A DNA stretch of 64,000 nucleotides from Lingula anatina (taxonomy: Eukaryota; Animalia; Brachiopoda), in contig CM120646.1 of the NCBI GenBank assembly GCA_051362555.1, forward strand, positions 18,972,001 to 19,036,000, in the 5' to 3' direction. The notes below the pieces were generated by a model that was not told where the DNA came from, ran no database searches, and was given only the letters and a program-made list of their open reading frames with translations. Numbering within the stretch: position 1 is the first letter of the stretch; each line of letters starts with the position of its first letter. Below, piece by piece: positions 12,915-25,096 of the stretch. The position numbers and the translations under genes were made by a program.

Positions 12915-13343
12915 TAAAGCACCAGGCCCTAACCTCCCCACAGCACACTACTGCGAAGTAAACAAGGTGATTGAGAGGCGTGCTCAGCATTCAACTTTTT
13001 TTTGTATGTTAAAAATGGTATAAGTATTGGTTGTAGGGCAGTACAAAAAGGAATCTGGTTGGTGGGATTTCAAACAACTTGTAAAAAAAAAAAAAAAAAA
13101 AAAGAGTTGACCTGAAATGGCGCATACTGAAGGGTTGAGACATAAAAGGACAACTGCAAGTTAGTTTCAGGGCCGTCGAAGCTTATGGGTGCTCTCCTTC
13201 AGATAAAAAAACAAGTATCAAATACGCGGTAGCTATTTGTAGAGAAAGAGATACATTTTGGGGAATTGTTCCATAATCGAGTTGATATGTCAAAACGACA
13301 TTCTTTTACCATCCAAAATTGACAATATATCCGTTTTCTCTGC
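12915..13343 (+). pseudogene. Remnant of secreted-protein gene Y (exon 1 and intron 1 only)
   Basis: Aligns with 31351-31810. Donor mutated (ATGGT|ATAAGT vs ATGGT|GTAAGT), TATA box lost, and homology stops just before the exon 2 acceptor. Confidence 0.78.
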
Positions 13344-13369
13344 TCTTTAAATAACGGATATACATTTAT

Positions 13370-14002
13370 AGTCTAATCGTTTTGGGAGTTGGTCCTACGA
13401 GAACGTGATAGTGTCTGATGCAGATTGGGTTATAGAGGCCATAAAAGACGTCAACATAACCGGACCGGGTTACAAAGGCTCAGTGGCTGCCGGTTCTGGC
13501 ATCTACCAAGGGGAGTTTCTATTTGATATAAGTGTGAAGGAAAATCAGTTTACTTTTAGTGTGATATGATAATGAGATACTTGAATTCATTCAGATAACT
13601 CACTAAGACGCCTTAACACAAATGCCTGTTTTACCATTTTAGATTTTTTACCTAAAAATACACATTAGCTAATATAACTTCTCTTGCATGTTTAATCCCT
13701 TTTTCGCAAATTAAGAAGTGCAACATGATAATGCGCTTAAAACAGCTATATATGAAAAAATCATTAAAAATATCTATGTTTTATTGTTCCCCTCGAAAAT
13801 AACAGAGAATTAAATCTCATGATATTATCATATTTTACTCATTTTCCTAACGTTAAAAAAGTTATGTCATATAAAATCATGCAATTTATTTCCATGCACT
13901 TAATAGCCGAATTAATTCTTAGTCTTTTTCTTCAGACATCTCGAGAAAACCCTTATGGCGGCATGGTACTCATAAAATTTGAATCCAAGGAACCTCAATA
14001 TA
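13370..14002 (+). pseudogene. Remnant of a third secreted-protein paralog Z (exon 13370-13527 and start of last exon 13936-14002)
   Basis: SNRFGSWSYENVIVSDADWVIEAIKDVNITGPGYKGSVAAGSGIYQGEFLFD and TSRENPYGGMVLIKFESKEPQY are homologous to paralog X exons. Splice sites are mutated (donor ATAAGT), and the last exon is cut by a Tc1 insertion at TA 14001-14002. Confidence 0.8.
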
Positions 14003-14918
14003 CACTCTTGCCCAAAATGGTTGGTACCCGGAAATTTTGGGATGCTCATCGCCCTGTTTCTTTCATTATTATTGATATTACCAAATTAATACTGTTTATA
14101 TTGTTAAATATGTGAAGCTGGAGGATTGGTAAAGTCAAGGAGAAACAACCAATGCAAATGTGAAAAAAGCGTTAATTTATTTAGGGGTTTTTTTTCTCTT
14201 GCCCCCCAAAAGAATACTTTTTTTTTACATAACAGTTCCAAGTGAAAAATTAAACAAATTTATACTGTGATTGACAATTAATGTGAAATTAGGGGGAATT
14301 GTCAAGAAACATCTTCAGAGTTTCATTATTAATCTCAATAGCGGGTATGCCCAACCCCGAGCTTGGATAATGGCCGCCAGACGGCGTGGCATACTGTGAA
14401 CTAGAGTTACAGCTCTTTGGAGAGGAATTCTGGTCCATTCATCTTGAAGGGCATCTCGCAGTTCATCTAGATTTGCAGGGGAGGGTTTCTCCTCTGAATA
14501 GCACGACCAAGTTCGTCCCACATGTGCTCATTTGGGTTTGCATCTGGGCTTCTTGCTGGCTGTGGCATCAGCTAAATGTTGTTTTGTCGGATATAGTCTG
14601 CAATTAAGCGGGCTGTGTGGGGAGTTGCATTGTCATGTTGCAATTTTAAATACAGCAATCTTAAATTGTCTCTGTATATCCCTCTTGTGAACGGCTTCAG
14701 GTTCTGCTGGAGAATGTCTCTGTATCTGGCAGCGTTAAGGTTTTCGTCCAGAGGAAGCAATGGGCAAATGCCGTTGCTGCAAATGGCACCCCAAACATGT
14801 TCAGAACCACCTCCTCCAGCTATTGTTTCCTGGATATTTTCATTTAACATGCTCTCCCCAGGGAGCGTACGCACTCTCATAGCTGGAAGAGGTGGTTCTG
14901 TACATGTTTGGGGTGCCA
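14003..14918 (-). mobile_element. 5'-truncated Tc1-like transposon (DD34E), a different family from 10175-11835
   Basis: Starts TA|CACTCTTGCCCAAAA. Minus-strand translation gives HVWGAICSNG..NLNAARYRDILQQNL..QHDNATPHTAR..SPDANPNEHMWDEL..MPRRLAAIIQARG, with 34 residues between D and E, one internal stop and a frameshift. Confidence 0.9.
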
Positions 14919-15031
14919 ATAAAAGCTAATATGTAGCAGTAGAGAAAGGTTAATTGAAGACCAATGTGCGCCAGGGGAAAAGACTGACAATCTAATAACT
15001 TGTCGCCTTTACATTATAGTACTGTTAATTG

Positions 15032-15643
15032 TGACGTCGCTTAAAGAGGAGGGGGGGAGTCCTGCTATAGTTCGCAATCTATTGTTAAACACGATTGTTA
15101 TCATTCTCAAGCAAGCTACATGTAAAACCACGCCTGTGTGTCCCGCTGCTGTGGAGAAACGAACGAGATTTTGCTATATTTAAATACTGTTTTAGATCAC
15201 TGTAGTAAGAAGGCATACGTGCGACACCGGACAATAATAGTCAAGTAAAAAATTGACATCACATCTTTTTGATGCACACAAATATAACGCGATAAGAGCT
15301 AAGCAATAAACCTCGACAAACTAACGTCCATTTTTAAACAACAACGAGAAAAAAGGGCGCCCTGTCATAGTTATGAGAAAAATTGCTAAATCCCCCGTTT
15401 CTAAGAGAGCACAATGGGTAATGATATGATAATATTCAACAATAAATGAGAAGGTTTATATAAACTACAGAATAGGAGAAAATATCTAGCAGTGGCGCAA
15501 GGACAATTTAACTCCAGCGTGCAACAGGGGGAAGAACGAAAGTGTGATCACACTATATAAAGAACGGTCAATTAACAGTGTATGACATCGGCTAAAAAGG
15601 AGGAGGTCCTACTATAGCTTGCAATCTATTGTTAAGCGCGATT
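15032..15643. repeat. Unclassified repeat block with ~65-bp imperfect direct repeats (15032-15096 and 15583-15643)
   Basis: TGAC.TCG..TAAA.AGGAG..GTCCT.CTATAG.T.GCAATCTATTGTTAA.C.CGATT occurs twice. It occupies the position where exons 1-2 of paralog X are missing in unit B. Confidence 0.5.
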
Positions 15644-15801
15644 TAGGCCTATATCATTTTTTATCCATTCTCTTGTTATGAATAGTCTCAATCTATGACA
15701 TAATTTATTTAAGAAATATGTATGAAAAAAGGTAAATATCTAGGTGTCTTCCAGCAACTTTAGAGATTTAGGGTAGGCCTACATTTGTTATTTTCATACA
15801 G

Positions 15802-16878
15802 CAATGCTAGCATCATTGCCGAAAGGAGAAAGCGCATCAAATCCTTTGAGGACCATTTTGGGATAGATACGTCACCGGTGAAGGATACCGATCTCCTCGA
15901 CGGGAGAGTTCCCCTTCTTGGGGGAAAACTGTTGTTTCATTCATATCACTTCAGCCCGGGAGCAAACGTGAGGTTGATATTAGGTAAACTGCATCTATTT
16001 GATCAATCAAGTAAGATATAAATGAATCAAAATTTTTAGAGTAAAATACAATTAGGAATGAACAAGATCAATCGCTCATCTGCATAAACCAAAGACTATC
16101 TCAATAATAATTTGCTGGATGATCACGTGCTACATATTTTTGTTCATGCTGCTTCTTTAGAATTAAACTCCTACGGAAGCTGGTCTTATAAGAACGTTTC
16201 AGTATCGCCGGCTGGATCATTGAAGTAATAGAACCAGTCAACTTAACTGGACCAGATTACTCTGGCAGAGATGAACCATGCAAGAATAGCATCTACCATG
16301 GGGAATATCTGTTTTATGTGAGTGTAGTAATAATAATGTTTCTTGAACACGAAATCGTACAATTGGAACTTTTAATGGCGTCTTACTGTGTACTTTGAAA
16401 TTCATAAGTAGATTCTGCGTCGAAAAACATGCATAAGTTATGATCACAATATGATATGTACTTGTATATGAAAAAACCCAACGTTACATACGTTATAAGA
16501 TATAAGACATAAATGATAGATACAGGTAAGGGAGTCATTCGAAATCATCTCATTTTGACATATTTCCAGACATCCCGAGAAAACCCTCGAGGCGGCAGAA
16601 TTATAATCACAACCGAATCCAAGGAACCACAATATATCACCGGAAATGGTCGTTTCGTGGTTTGGAATGCTAAGTTATCCCACCCTCTATATGGCAAGGG
16701 GAGCACTTTCCTTTTGTCTGAGATAAATCATGATACATCCCAATTAATTACTAGAGAAACACACATTTTTCCGCGAGATGTACAGGGTATATTTGACTCA
16801 ACAAAAAAGCAATGCAAGGCACGAAGAATCAACATGTACTGGTACATACATACGCATGTGTATAAACAAAGACTGTAA
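15802..16878 (+). pseudogene. Secreted-protein family paralog X, copy B (pseudogene); exons 15802-15983, 16161-16317, 16570-16878
   Basis: Exons are homologous to those of the intact gene. A 4-nt deletion (TGAT) near 16206 shifts the frame, and exons 1-2 are absent. The last exon TSRENPRGGRIIITTESKEPQY..GRFVVWNAKLSHPLYGKGST..RETHIFP is intact. Confidence 0.82.
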
Positions 16879-18401
16879 TCACTACAGAATTTATTACTGA
16901 AAAAGCGTTTGAATGAATTAACAGCAGGAAAATAACGAAAATAAATCGAACCAAAGATATGCAAAAATCTGCACATCGAACAAAATAAGAAGTCATTTTT
17001 TCCATCAGTAAAGTCAATTTCATAACAAACGTTTCATTTACAAATGATGCAATTACACTATTCAAAAAGTTTGTAAAGTTGTAAATGCATATGGTGACTT
17101 ACAGTAACCAAAAACAGAAACTACATACACATAAAACTTTCACGTACCGACCCCTTTTTATTAGCCATATTGGCAATAATTCAGTTGTTCGGTGTAATTT
17201 TTCTATGGCTCTGAGGATCGCTTGTCCTGTCAACTCACCGCCCATGCCACATCGTTTTCTAAGTTTCTCTTGAGCTCAAGAATAAAATAAAATAAATCCA
17301 TCACTAGTGGCTTCATCAGCATTATATATATTGCATTATTATTTTGAAAAAGCAGAAAAAGATTAAGAGATTAACCAAAACATCTGGTATTTGTAAATGT
17401 GTTTCATTTGTATACCATTTTTTTTTTACATTTTTATCGAATGAAACTTTATATTGGATATAACACATATTGGACCTAGCTTATTTTAAAATTATCACGT
17501 TTGTTTAAGGATATTGTAACCCTTTGTTATCATCCAGATACCGGATATGAGTTTTTTCTTGCACGTAATTATTCAATAATGCATCTACCTTCGGATGATT
17601 TAAAACAATGAAAAACCCCACGAAAATATCAAAGCTTTAATCGTCAATTTAACATATTTCTATTTTGAGGTGATATAGCAATCGGTATGGGGCATACCTG
17701 CAGCAGAGATGCATCAGTAATTATATTTATTAAATCGGTGTTGAAAAGGCGATGGCGGGTGCTCAGGTAGGCCTAAAAGAGAGATTTGAGAAACCGATTT
17801 TTCAGTTTTCACCCAAAAACGCAATTATGACGCCACCCGTAAGATGACATATCTGTATATGTTGATAAATTTAGTCACTGATCAATGATGATATATATAT
17901 ATTACCCGAAAGAAGGCATTAAGGCAGTAAATAAGGAGTTTTGGGCGAAAGGTGACAGTATCCTGTAAAATGAACTAAATAACCCCAAAACGGGTGAGTT
18001 CAGAAAACTTCCAATTTAAACATGATGTTTCGATAAAACTCTACGTGCTTCGTAGTTTATGATGAAAAAGTGATGAAGTTTGGTACTTTTTGGCAGAAAC
18101 TGGCAGTTACAGACCAATTTCATCTTAAGTGATAGCTCAGATATTAACTTCTTAATACAAAGAAGAAGAACCAATTTAATTTTCCTATCTTTCATCACTA
18201 CTTATGCAGCCAGATGCCAATGAAAATCAAGCAGACGAAACTAATTTGGCCATAAATATGATCACCCCGTGAAAGGCATCATCATAAAGTTCATTTTCCT
18301 GTCTCTCATCACTCCTCATGCAACCAGATGCCAATTATATGAAAATCAAGCAAACGAGACTAATTTGCCCACCATAATGTTAACTGCTTTTCACCTGCAC
18401 G

Positions 18402-18720
18402 TGTTACGAATAAACAAACTTCTTTAGTCCTTTTCACATCTATTTTATTTGCTTGTCATTGAAATTGTCACGTAGAAACTGAAATGAACAAAATACATCA
18501 AATTAAGAAATTATCCTTAAATTATGTTACAATTATAACTTATAAAGTTCTTATTAACTGTTTAAATTACTAAATGATTCATAAAGTCTTACCTCATTGC
18601 GGGAATTAGTGACTTTTAATGTTCAGAACATAACTATGATAAGCGCGTGCTCTAGTCAAAAAAGTAAAATGCTATCTCCGCCGATGTTGCATAACAGCTA
18701 AGACGGGCCAAACCTTAACA
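18402..18720. mobile_element. Solo LTR (319 bp) upstream of GPCR copy B
   Basis: TGTTA...TAACA termini with a 5-bp target duplication GCACG/GCATG (one CpG-type change). The empty site TTGCACGACTTC is in unit A at ~2863-2874. Confidence 0.8.
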
Positions 18721-19331
18721 GCATGACTTCAACGACTTGCACTCGGCGTCAGAGAAACCCATTAATTGCGAAATGTTATGAAAGTTAATTTTCTAGAACT
18801 TAATAACTTCCTGTGGCGCAATGGTCATTTTATGATTAAGCATAACGAAACATCCAAACTTGACAAGAAGAATTTACAAAGTGTGGAAAAGGTCATAAAT
18901 GTAGCCTATGTCAAATATTCTGAAATTAAAACAAATAAACAAAAATTATTAATAAAATAAACTGATAAAAAATAAATTAAATAAGTTAAACATTGAATAT
19001 TTCTCATTCTACTTATGAAAGGTGACTTCTAATAAATGGACCCTTCGAAAGAGGCTTCAGTCTTCATTGCTACAAGATAATAACCAAGGCTATAGTGACG
19101 TTTAAAGAAGCATTATAAGTTCAAGTAAACTAATTACAGTTATCATCTGTTGTCTGTTTCAAAGCCATAAGTTAGCTACCGATAATTATTTAAAGCACTC
19201 CGCTGCTTCCAATCATCACAGATTTGCTACTTGTTAGAATCAGCAAAATTTACTACCTGTTCGAATCAGCAAAATTTACTTTTTGTTATTGACAAGGCAT
19301 ACTTTCGTTGGTTGCAATTTTGCAATTCCCA

Positions 19332-20787
19332 ATGGGGAAATTAAAAGTGTTTGTTACATCTTTCCTCCTTGTAATGGTTTTCCTTTGTCATTCAAAAGCT
19401 ATCAAACAGATGCCAAGAGGAAAATCGACAGCAAATTTGGAAGTGGCAGAAAAAGTAAACCCACCTTTAATGAAAGACAAGAGAGGGTATCTTGGGAGAG
19501 GATCGAAATCGGACGCTAAACATGAGGGGACCAAAACAAGAGCAGTGGCCAAAAGACATATCAAACGGCGCCCCATCCAAAGTTTAGATTTTTCTGAGCC
19601 CTGGATACCTGGTAGGTTTCGGCGTCATTTATTGGCCGATGGCATGGCTGATTTTCCAGATGCCACTCCGAATCAATCCGAAAATAATGAAGTTATACTT
19701 GCATCGAGCACAGAAGCTTCCATTAGAGCCAATACGAATCTAGCTGAGATTGCCAAGATCATCCAAATTCCAAAACCAAACGTTCAATATTGTCTTACTG
19801 GAAATTCTCTCGCTGATAGGTTCTTCCAAATACAATGTTCCTGTGACAAATACTGTCACATGTTTAATGATTGTTGTTGGCTAATGGAGCGTGACTGTGC
19901 TTCAAACCACACGGAGCAAACTATTAACCGAAATATTACCCTACCTCAAATGAAATGCCTGAAGGCTCCACTGGCACATTCAAAAAACAACCTAATCTAT
20001 TTTTGGTTTGTCTCGACATGCCCCAAAAGTTGGCAAGATGAAGACATTCGAATGAAGTGTGAAAGTAACAGTCCCGATATGACAGACCTCGCTTTACATT
20101 ATACCCCTGTGTACGACGAAGTATCTGGACTCTCTTTCAAGAACATTTTCTGTACACAATGTCACAGTATCTCAGACATTGATCCCTGGAATGCCACCTT
20201 TGGCTGTTATCAGCAAGGCCCACTGAAATTCCAAAACGTGTCATCTGCAGATGAAGCTATTCGGGAGGTTTTGAAGACCGACTCCGATTGCTTCATCAAC
20301 TACTTTTCTACAAGAAATTTGGCCATGCGTCTGTGTGCGGCTGACGAAAGTGTAGCAATGCTAGTAGAGTGCCCGATGGTAAAATACTTTGAATTTATTT
20401 ATTGGAAAGGTGTCAATACGGGTATACCATATGACGTGCTGGAGAATCTGTGCTTTGAAGGACCAACTAATATTGTAAACTTACAAAGCAGACTCTTTAG
20501 GAATTTATTCTGTTTTCTTTGTTGGGATGGTCCTTACTTTCTCGGAACATACAGCTGTCAGAATAACAGTGAGTACAAAAATCTATATATTGTTCTTGAT
20601 GTATTTATCAATTTTTCTATAAGCTTTCCATAGGCTTACCTCTATATAACAATCAGTTTACCCTTAGTGTTCCATTCTTAGGTAACAATAAGAGATTTAA
20701 CTTTTTTCTTTTTTTAAACATGTTCAAATATTCTCGTACGCGCTTTGCTTACTTATATGTTCTTTTTTATATAATGAAGATAAAATT

Positions 20788-20829
<42 letters not shown>

Positions 20830-23523
20830 GCACACAAATACACACAAACAAACACACACAGATACACATGCAAAAACACACACACACACACCTTACATTT
20901 TTGCATCTTGTGCTGGAATTGGTTTTAAATGTCAGTTAAATGTTTGGCACATTTCCGATCATACATTGCCAGGGGATCCTGGATACGTGTACAATCCCAC
21001 GGGATTCTCTTCAACTCTATCTGTTGGCCCAGCATTGGCTAAAGAAAACAATAGATACCATTGCAGAGTTTCACAACACCCGCAGTTCAGCTCCGACCCG
21101 GTATGTATACTATATAGCAGTCACGAATTTGGCAATGAAATAACCACATACATTTTTTTATTTTATTTTATATGAAAATAATGCGTTTCATAAAACTATG
21201 ATTGTGATTGTGAATAATAAAGACAATGTTACGCATTGCAAACTCTAGTTATAAAAATACTATATATCACCACATATACTCGGTAGGCAATATTTGAATA
21301 GAACGTGTGGGGATTTAAAACGCTTAGTGTTTCGTACAACAGTGTGCCTCTAATACACACCAAGAGAAGTCTCTTTTAGGGGCTTTTGCCCCATGAAGAA
21401 ATGGACGCTGTACATAATAGCATACTTAAGACGATTATATTTGACGATTCTTTACCACCAAGATGTCAGTGAGAACAATACTGCAGTTGAAAACTCTTAT
21501 CCAGAGTTCAGAAAATAATACTTGTTATTCATAATTCTACCAGCAGAGCAGAACTTCATCACTCTGTTTTGTTGCTTTGACTTCTTTTGCCAAATGACAA
21601 TGACTTCCGCTTGTGTTCTTCGGGTATTGTCAGAAGATATAACAAAAAAAGGATCCGTAGAATAGAATCTTCATTTACTCGATAGCAATAAAGTGACCAT
21701 CGATCAACCGTGTTTCTCTTTGTTAAAGCCCCATAACATAAAGTAGCACTGGAAATCCGTTATAATATTTGTTTAAAAGGATTTTTTGCCGTTGGGCTGG
21801 AAATCCGTGATAAAAAGATTTGCCTTGCCTTTAGACCTACTAGTACATATTTGTGCATTTTTAAATCTGTAAAAAAAACTATGGAATAAACATTCGCTGT
21901 TGCATTTATTAATATCCGTCATGCAAATCTCGACCCAATTAGCCACCTTTTTCATTCTCTTTTCAGTGTGCCAGTGGTAATGAAGACTGTCATTCTCAGT
22001 TTAACTACGACGTCATTTACGGAGACTGTAAACCTTTGCTACAGCAATTTTCTGGGGTGCACACGGTCATTGATATTATCTTTACATTCACGGATTATGA
22101 GAACATCCCAATCAATGTATACACCAATCACAGATTTATTACTTCTGCAATTAAACACAGTTTCAGTAACTTAGGAATAGCTGATGTAAACCACAGGAAT
22201 GATGTCTGTTGCCAGGCAGCGTTCTCCTCACAACCTTTCTCACAAATAGAAGTGTTAGGAAGTTTCTCAATAAGACTAGGAGGTAAACAGCCAACATATA
22301 AATCTATTCAATTTGCAGAAGGGTCAATACGAGAAAATTTAACCAGCACTTTGCCAAATGTTAACATTTCCCTTGATTTATTTAGTGGAAAATACAAAAT
22401 AGATATGACCATGCGTGTTGCAAATGATAAATCTGTGTTCGAAACTGCGCCTTGGACGAAATTAGGTGAGGCATTCAGACTAGCAAATGGTGCAGACTCT
22501 TCTTTATGCTCTGCTGTTGTTGTTTCAATGGCAGACCTTACAAGCGTTCAATCTGATGTATTTAATTTTTATATTGAATATGCCGCAGAAAAAGTCACCA
22601 TAAACCGGAATCAGATTGTTATTTTTGAGAGCAACATATTTATCTGCAGGCAGGGTATTGAAAAGTTCCTAGAATCTATATCCCAAACAAGAAATAAAAA
22701 CATAATTAAATCAAGGACTGGAAATATAATTTCCGTGACTATTTTTGAAATTTGGGCTTTACCTTCCATTTCACTGGCTATATTTCTGGTCCACCTTATC
22801 TTATGTGTTATTCAGTCTGGTTGTAAGAATATTGCAGATGGAATGATCATACACCTCACAGTCATATTTCTCTTGGTTCAGTTATTCTCCTCCCTTCCAG
22901 CAATGATCTCCGTGAAAACTGATGGCACTGTGTGCATGGCTTTGATAGCTACTGCCCATTTCTTTTGGCTGGTAAGTTTTCTTTGGCTAGCTAGTATGTC
23001 CTTAACGGCATTACACGGCGTCACAGGCAGTCTGTCTTGGAGCAAAAGCCCAAAGAGACATCTATTGACATGTTTTGGAACTACATATATAGTTTCATTG
23101 TTGATGATGTCGGCTGGGATTGTGTCAGACATGTGGGATGTTGTCCCGGTGAAAATGCTCTACTGCCAAGGAAAATGTTTCTTTGGTAATATCCAATCCT
23201 ACCTTCTTCTCGTAGTGACACCTGCCTCACTGGCTGCATTATTCAATGCGGTGATTTGCATTGTTCTGGTTGTATATAAAATATCCGGAAAGTTAACTGC
23301 ATATGCTGTTTATCCAAATTTACTGAGCATAAATTCCTGCTATAAGATGGTGTTCTTGAGCTTTGGTGTAACCTTGACTGGTTGTGTGGGCTTAATCTTT
23401 GTAAGCCTGTCCGTAGCATCAGTTGGAGACTTTTGCTACTTGGACTCTGTATCTAGGTGTCTCCAAGGCATTATCATGCTGGCAGTTACTCTGGCCTTAA
23501 GAAACAACACTGTTCTCCCATAA
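19332..23523 (+). CDS. Class B/adhesion-like GPCR with SMB-like ectodomain, copy B; exons 19332-20568, 20973-21100, 21967-23523; 973 aa
   Basis: Same exon structure and phases as copy A, with an open frame throughout and the same signal peptide, SMB-like and 7TM features. Confidence 0.88.
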
Positions 23524-24204
23524 TAGATAAATGTATCTGAATTGGAAAGTTTCAACGTAGCGCTAACTGAAAAATAGCTAAGTATAGCTAAACTAGAGTA
23601 TCAATACTAACATGGCACAACCAAAGACGCACTCAAAGAGCATAAACAAACGAATTTTTTTGGTCCCATATGTCTGTGCTCTATGAATGTTTTATTTATT
23701 TATTTATTTAATTATTTATTTATTTAATTTTACGTCGTGAAAGAATTGATATTTTAGTATAAAAATTGTTAGTTGAAACATTAGGCTCTTGGAGGCGCTC
23801 TGTGGTTGCGGCGTTTACTAATGGGAATTAAAAAAAAAAAAAAACGATAAACCAAAAGGAAAAAGGAATAGATACAGTTGATACAATTTTGGGTCACTCT
23901 CGTAATGGAGACTTGTGACAATAAAATTTTGAAATTAAGAACTTGGAAACAGATTTACACATCGTGTTTTTGTGAAATGTTTTGGATAAGATATTGGAAA
24001 AAGGGAATATTATTGAAATGCCCGGGAGAATTCACTATATTGCTATATGAATTCACAACGCACATGGCATGCGTTTTTTATGTTACATAACAGTGAATGT
24101 GTAAGTTTTATTCCTATTTGTGATTATTTGAGTGCTAGCTGTTAGGTACATTTAACATATTATAGTCAGATATTCACTTTTGTCGCACCGTGTTGCACCG
24201 TGAC

Positions 24205-24207
<3 letters not shown>

Positions 24208-24276
<69 letters not shown>
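24208..24276. repeat. (GT)n(AT)n microsatellite
   Basis: Directly visible. Confidence 0.95.
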
Positions 24277-24703
24277 TTGAAATTATCAAGGTAAACAAAA
24301 GACCTATAGTTTATATGAACAATGTCTTTATACCTGTATATTCAAATTCAATTACTACCTAGATGATCAGTAAACTTAGCCCGATAATCACAACTTGCTT
24401 TATGTTCTTGTCAAGTTTATACAAAATTCAACTTACTGTTACTTAATTGGAGATGTGATCCCTGATAAGTGTGCAAACGCCCAAGAATAGTGTTACAAAC
24501 GTAACTGATGTGTCACTTTTTATTTTAAATTCATGATATCTACAGGTAGCGGTATATGTTAATTCAATATCTTGAAAGCAATTGTAAACAGGCCATGTGA
24601 ACACCTTTTGTACGTTAAAAGATTTAGAGGCAGATTTTTCCTCCCAATTGTAATGGTAATATGTTCGAGTACAGTGTTTCATAATTTAATGTTAAGAAAC
24701 AGA

Positions 24704-25064
24704 TTTATGTAGCCAAATGTTAACAAGCACAACGAAGCTCTGTTTTTGCTCCAAAGTAAATAAGAAAAGTCCATATGATTGATAATTGTCATTTATTAAT
24801 GACGAAGCTAATAAAATACGTAGTTACAAAACTGGGGAGATAATATAACATCTCCCCAACTATATAAGTGCCATAATATAAAATTAATAAAGTGTAATAA
24901 GTGTAACCAAATTAATGAAGAAAATTATAAGTAATAACAACAGCTTAAGGAGCAAAAAGTTGGCACAAATAAAAATAAAAAAGGCCAAATTATAAGAAAT
25001 AACAACAGCTGTAAGAGCCAAAGGCTGGCATAAATGAAAATCAAAGGCTTCAACAAATGCAAAA

Positions 25065-25096
<32 letters not shown>

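Larger units (their letters stand above)
1420..13343 (+). repeat. Tandem segmental duplication, unit A (paired with ~15655-31810)
   Basis: Collinear similarity from TTTTTTATCCATTCTCTT (1422/15657) through the GPCR and Tc1 to the intron ending ~13343/31810, interrupted by unit-specific insertions. Confidence 0.92.

Noticed and set aside
12651-13023. Overlapping 77-96 aa ORFs
   Set aside because: They show no coding signature and lie in unit-A-specific repeat-like sequence and the dead gene Y leader.
24781-24791. 11-bp match GATAATTGTCA between the SDR element repeat and the unit-A empty site (9192-9202), hinting at guided targeting
   Set aside because: It is a short AT-rich match seen at a single insertion, so it is compatible with chance. 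It would need target sites of many copies to revisit.
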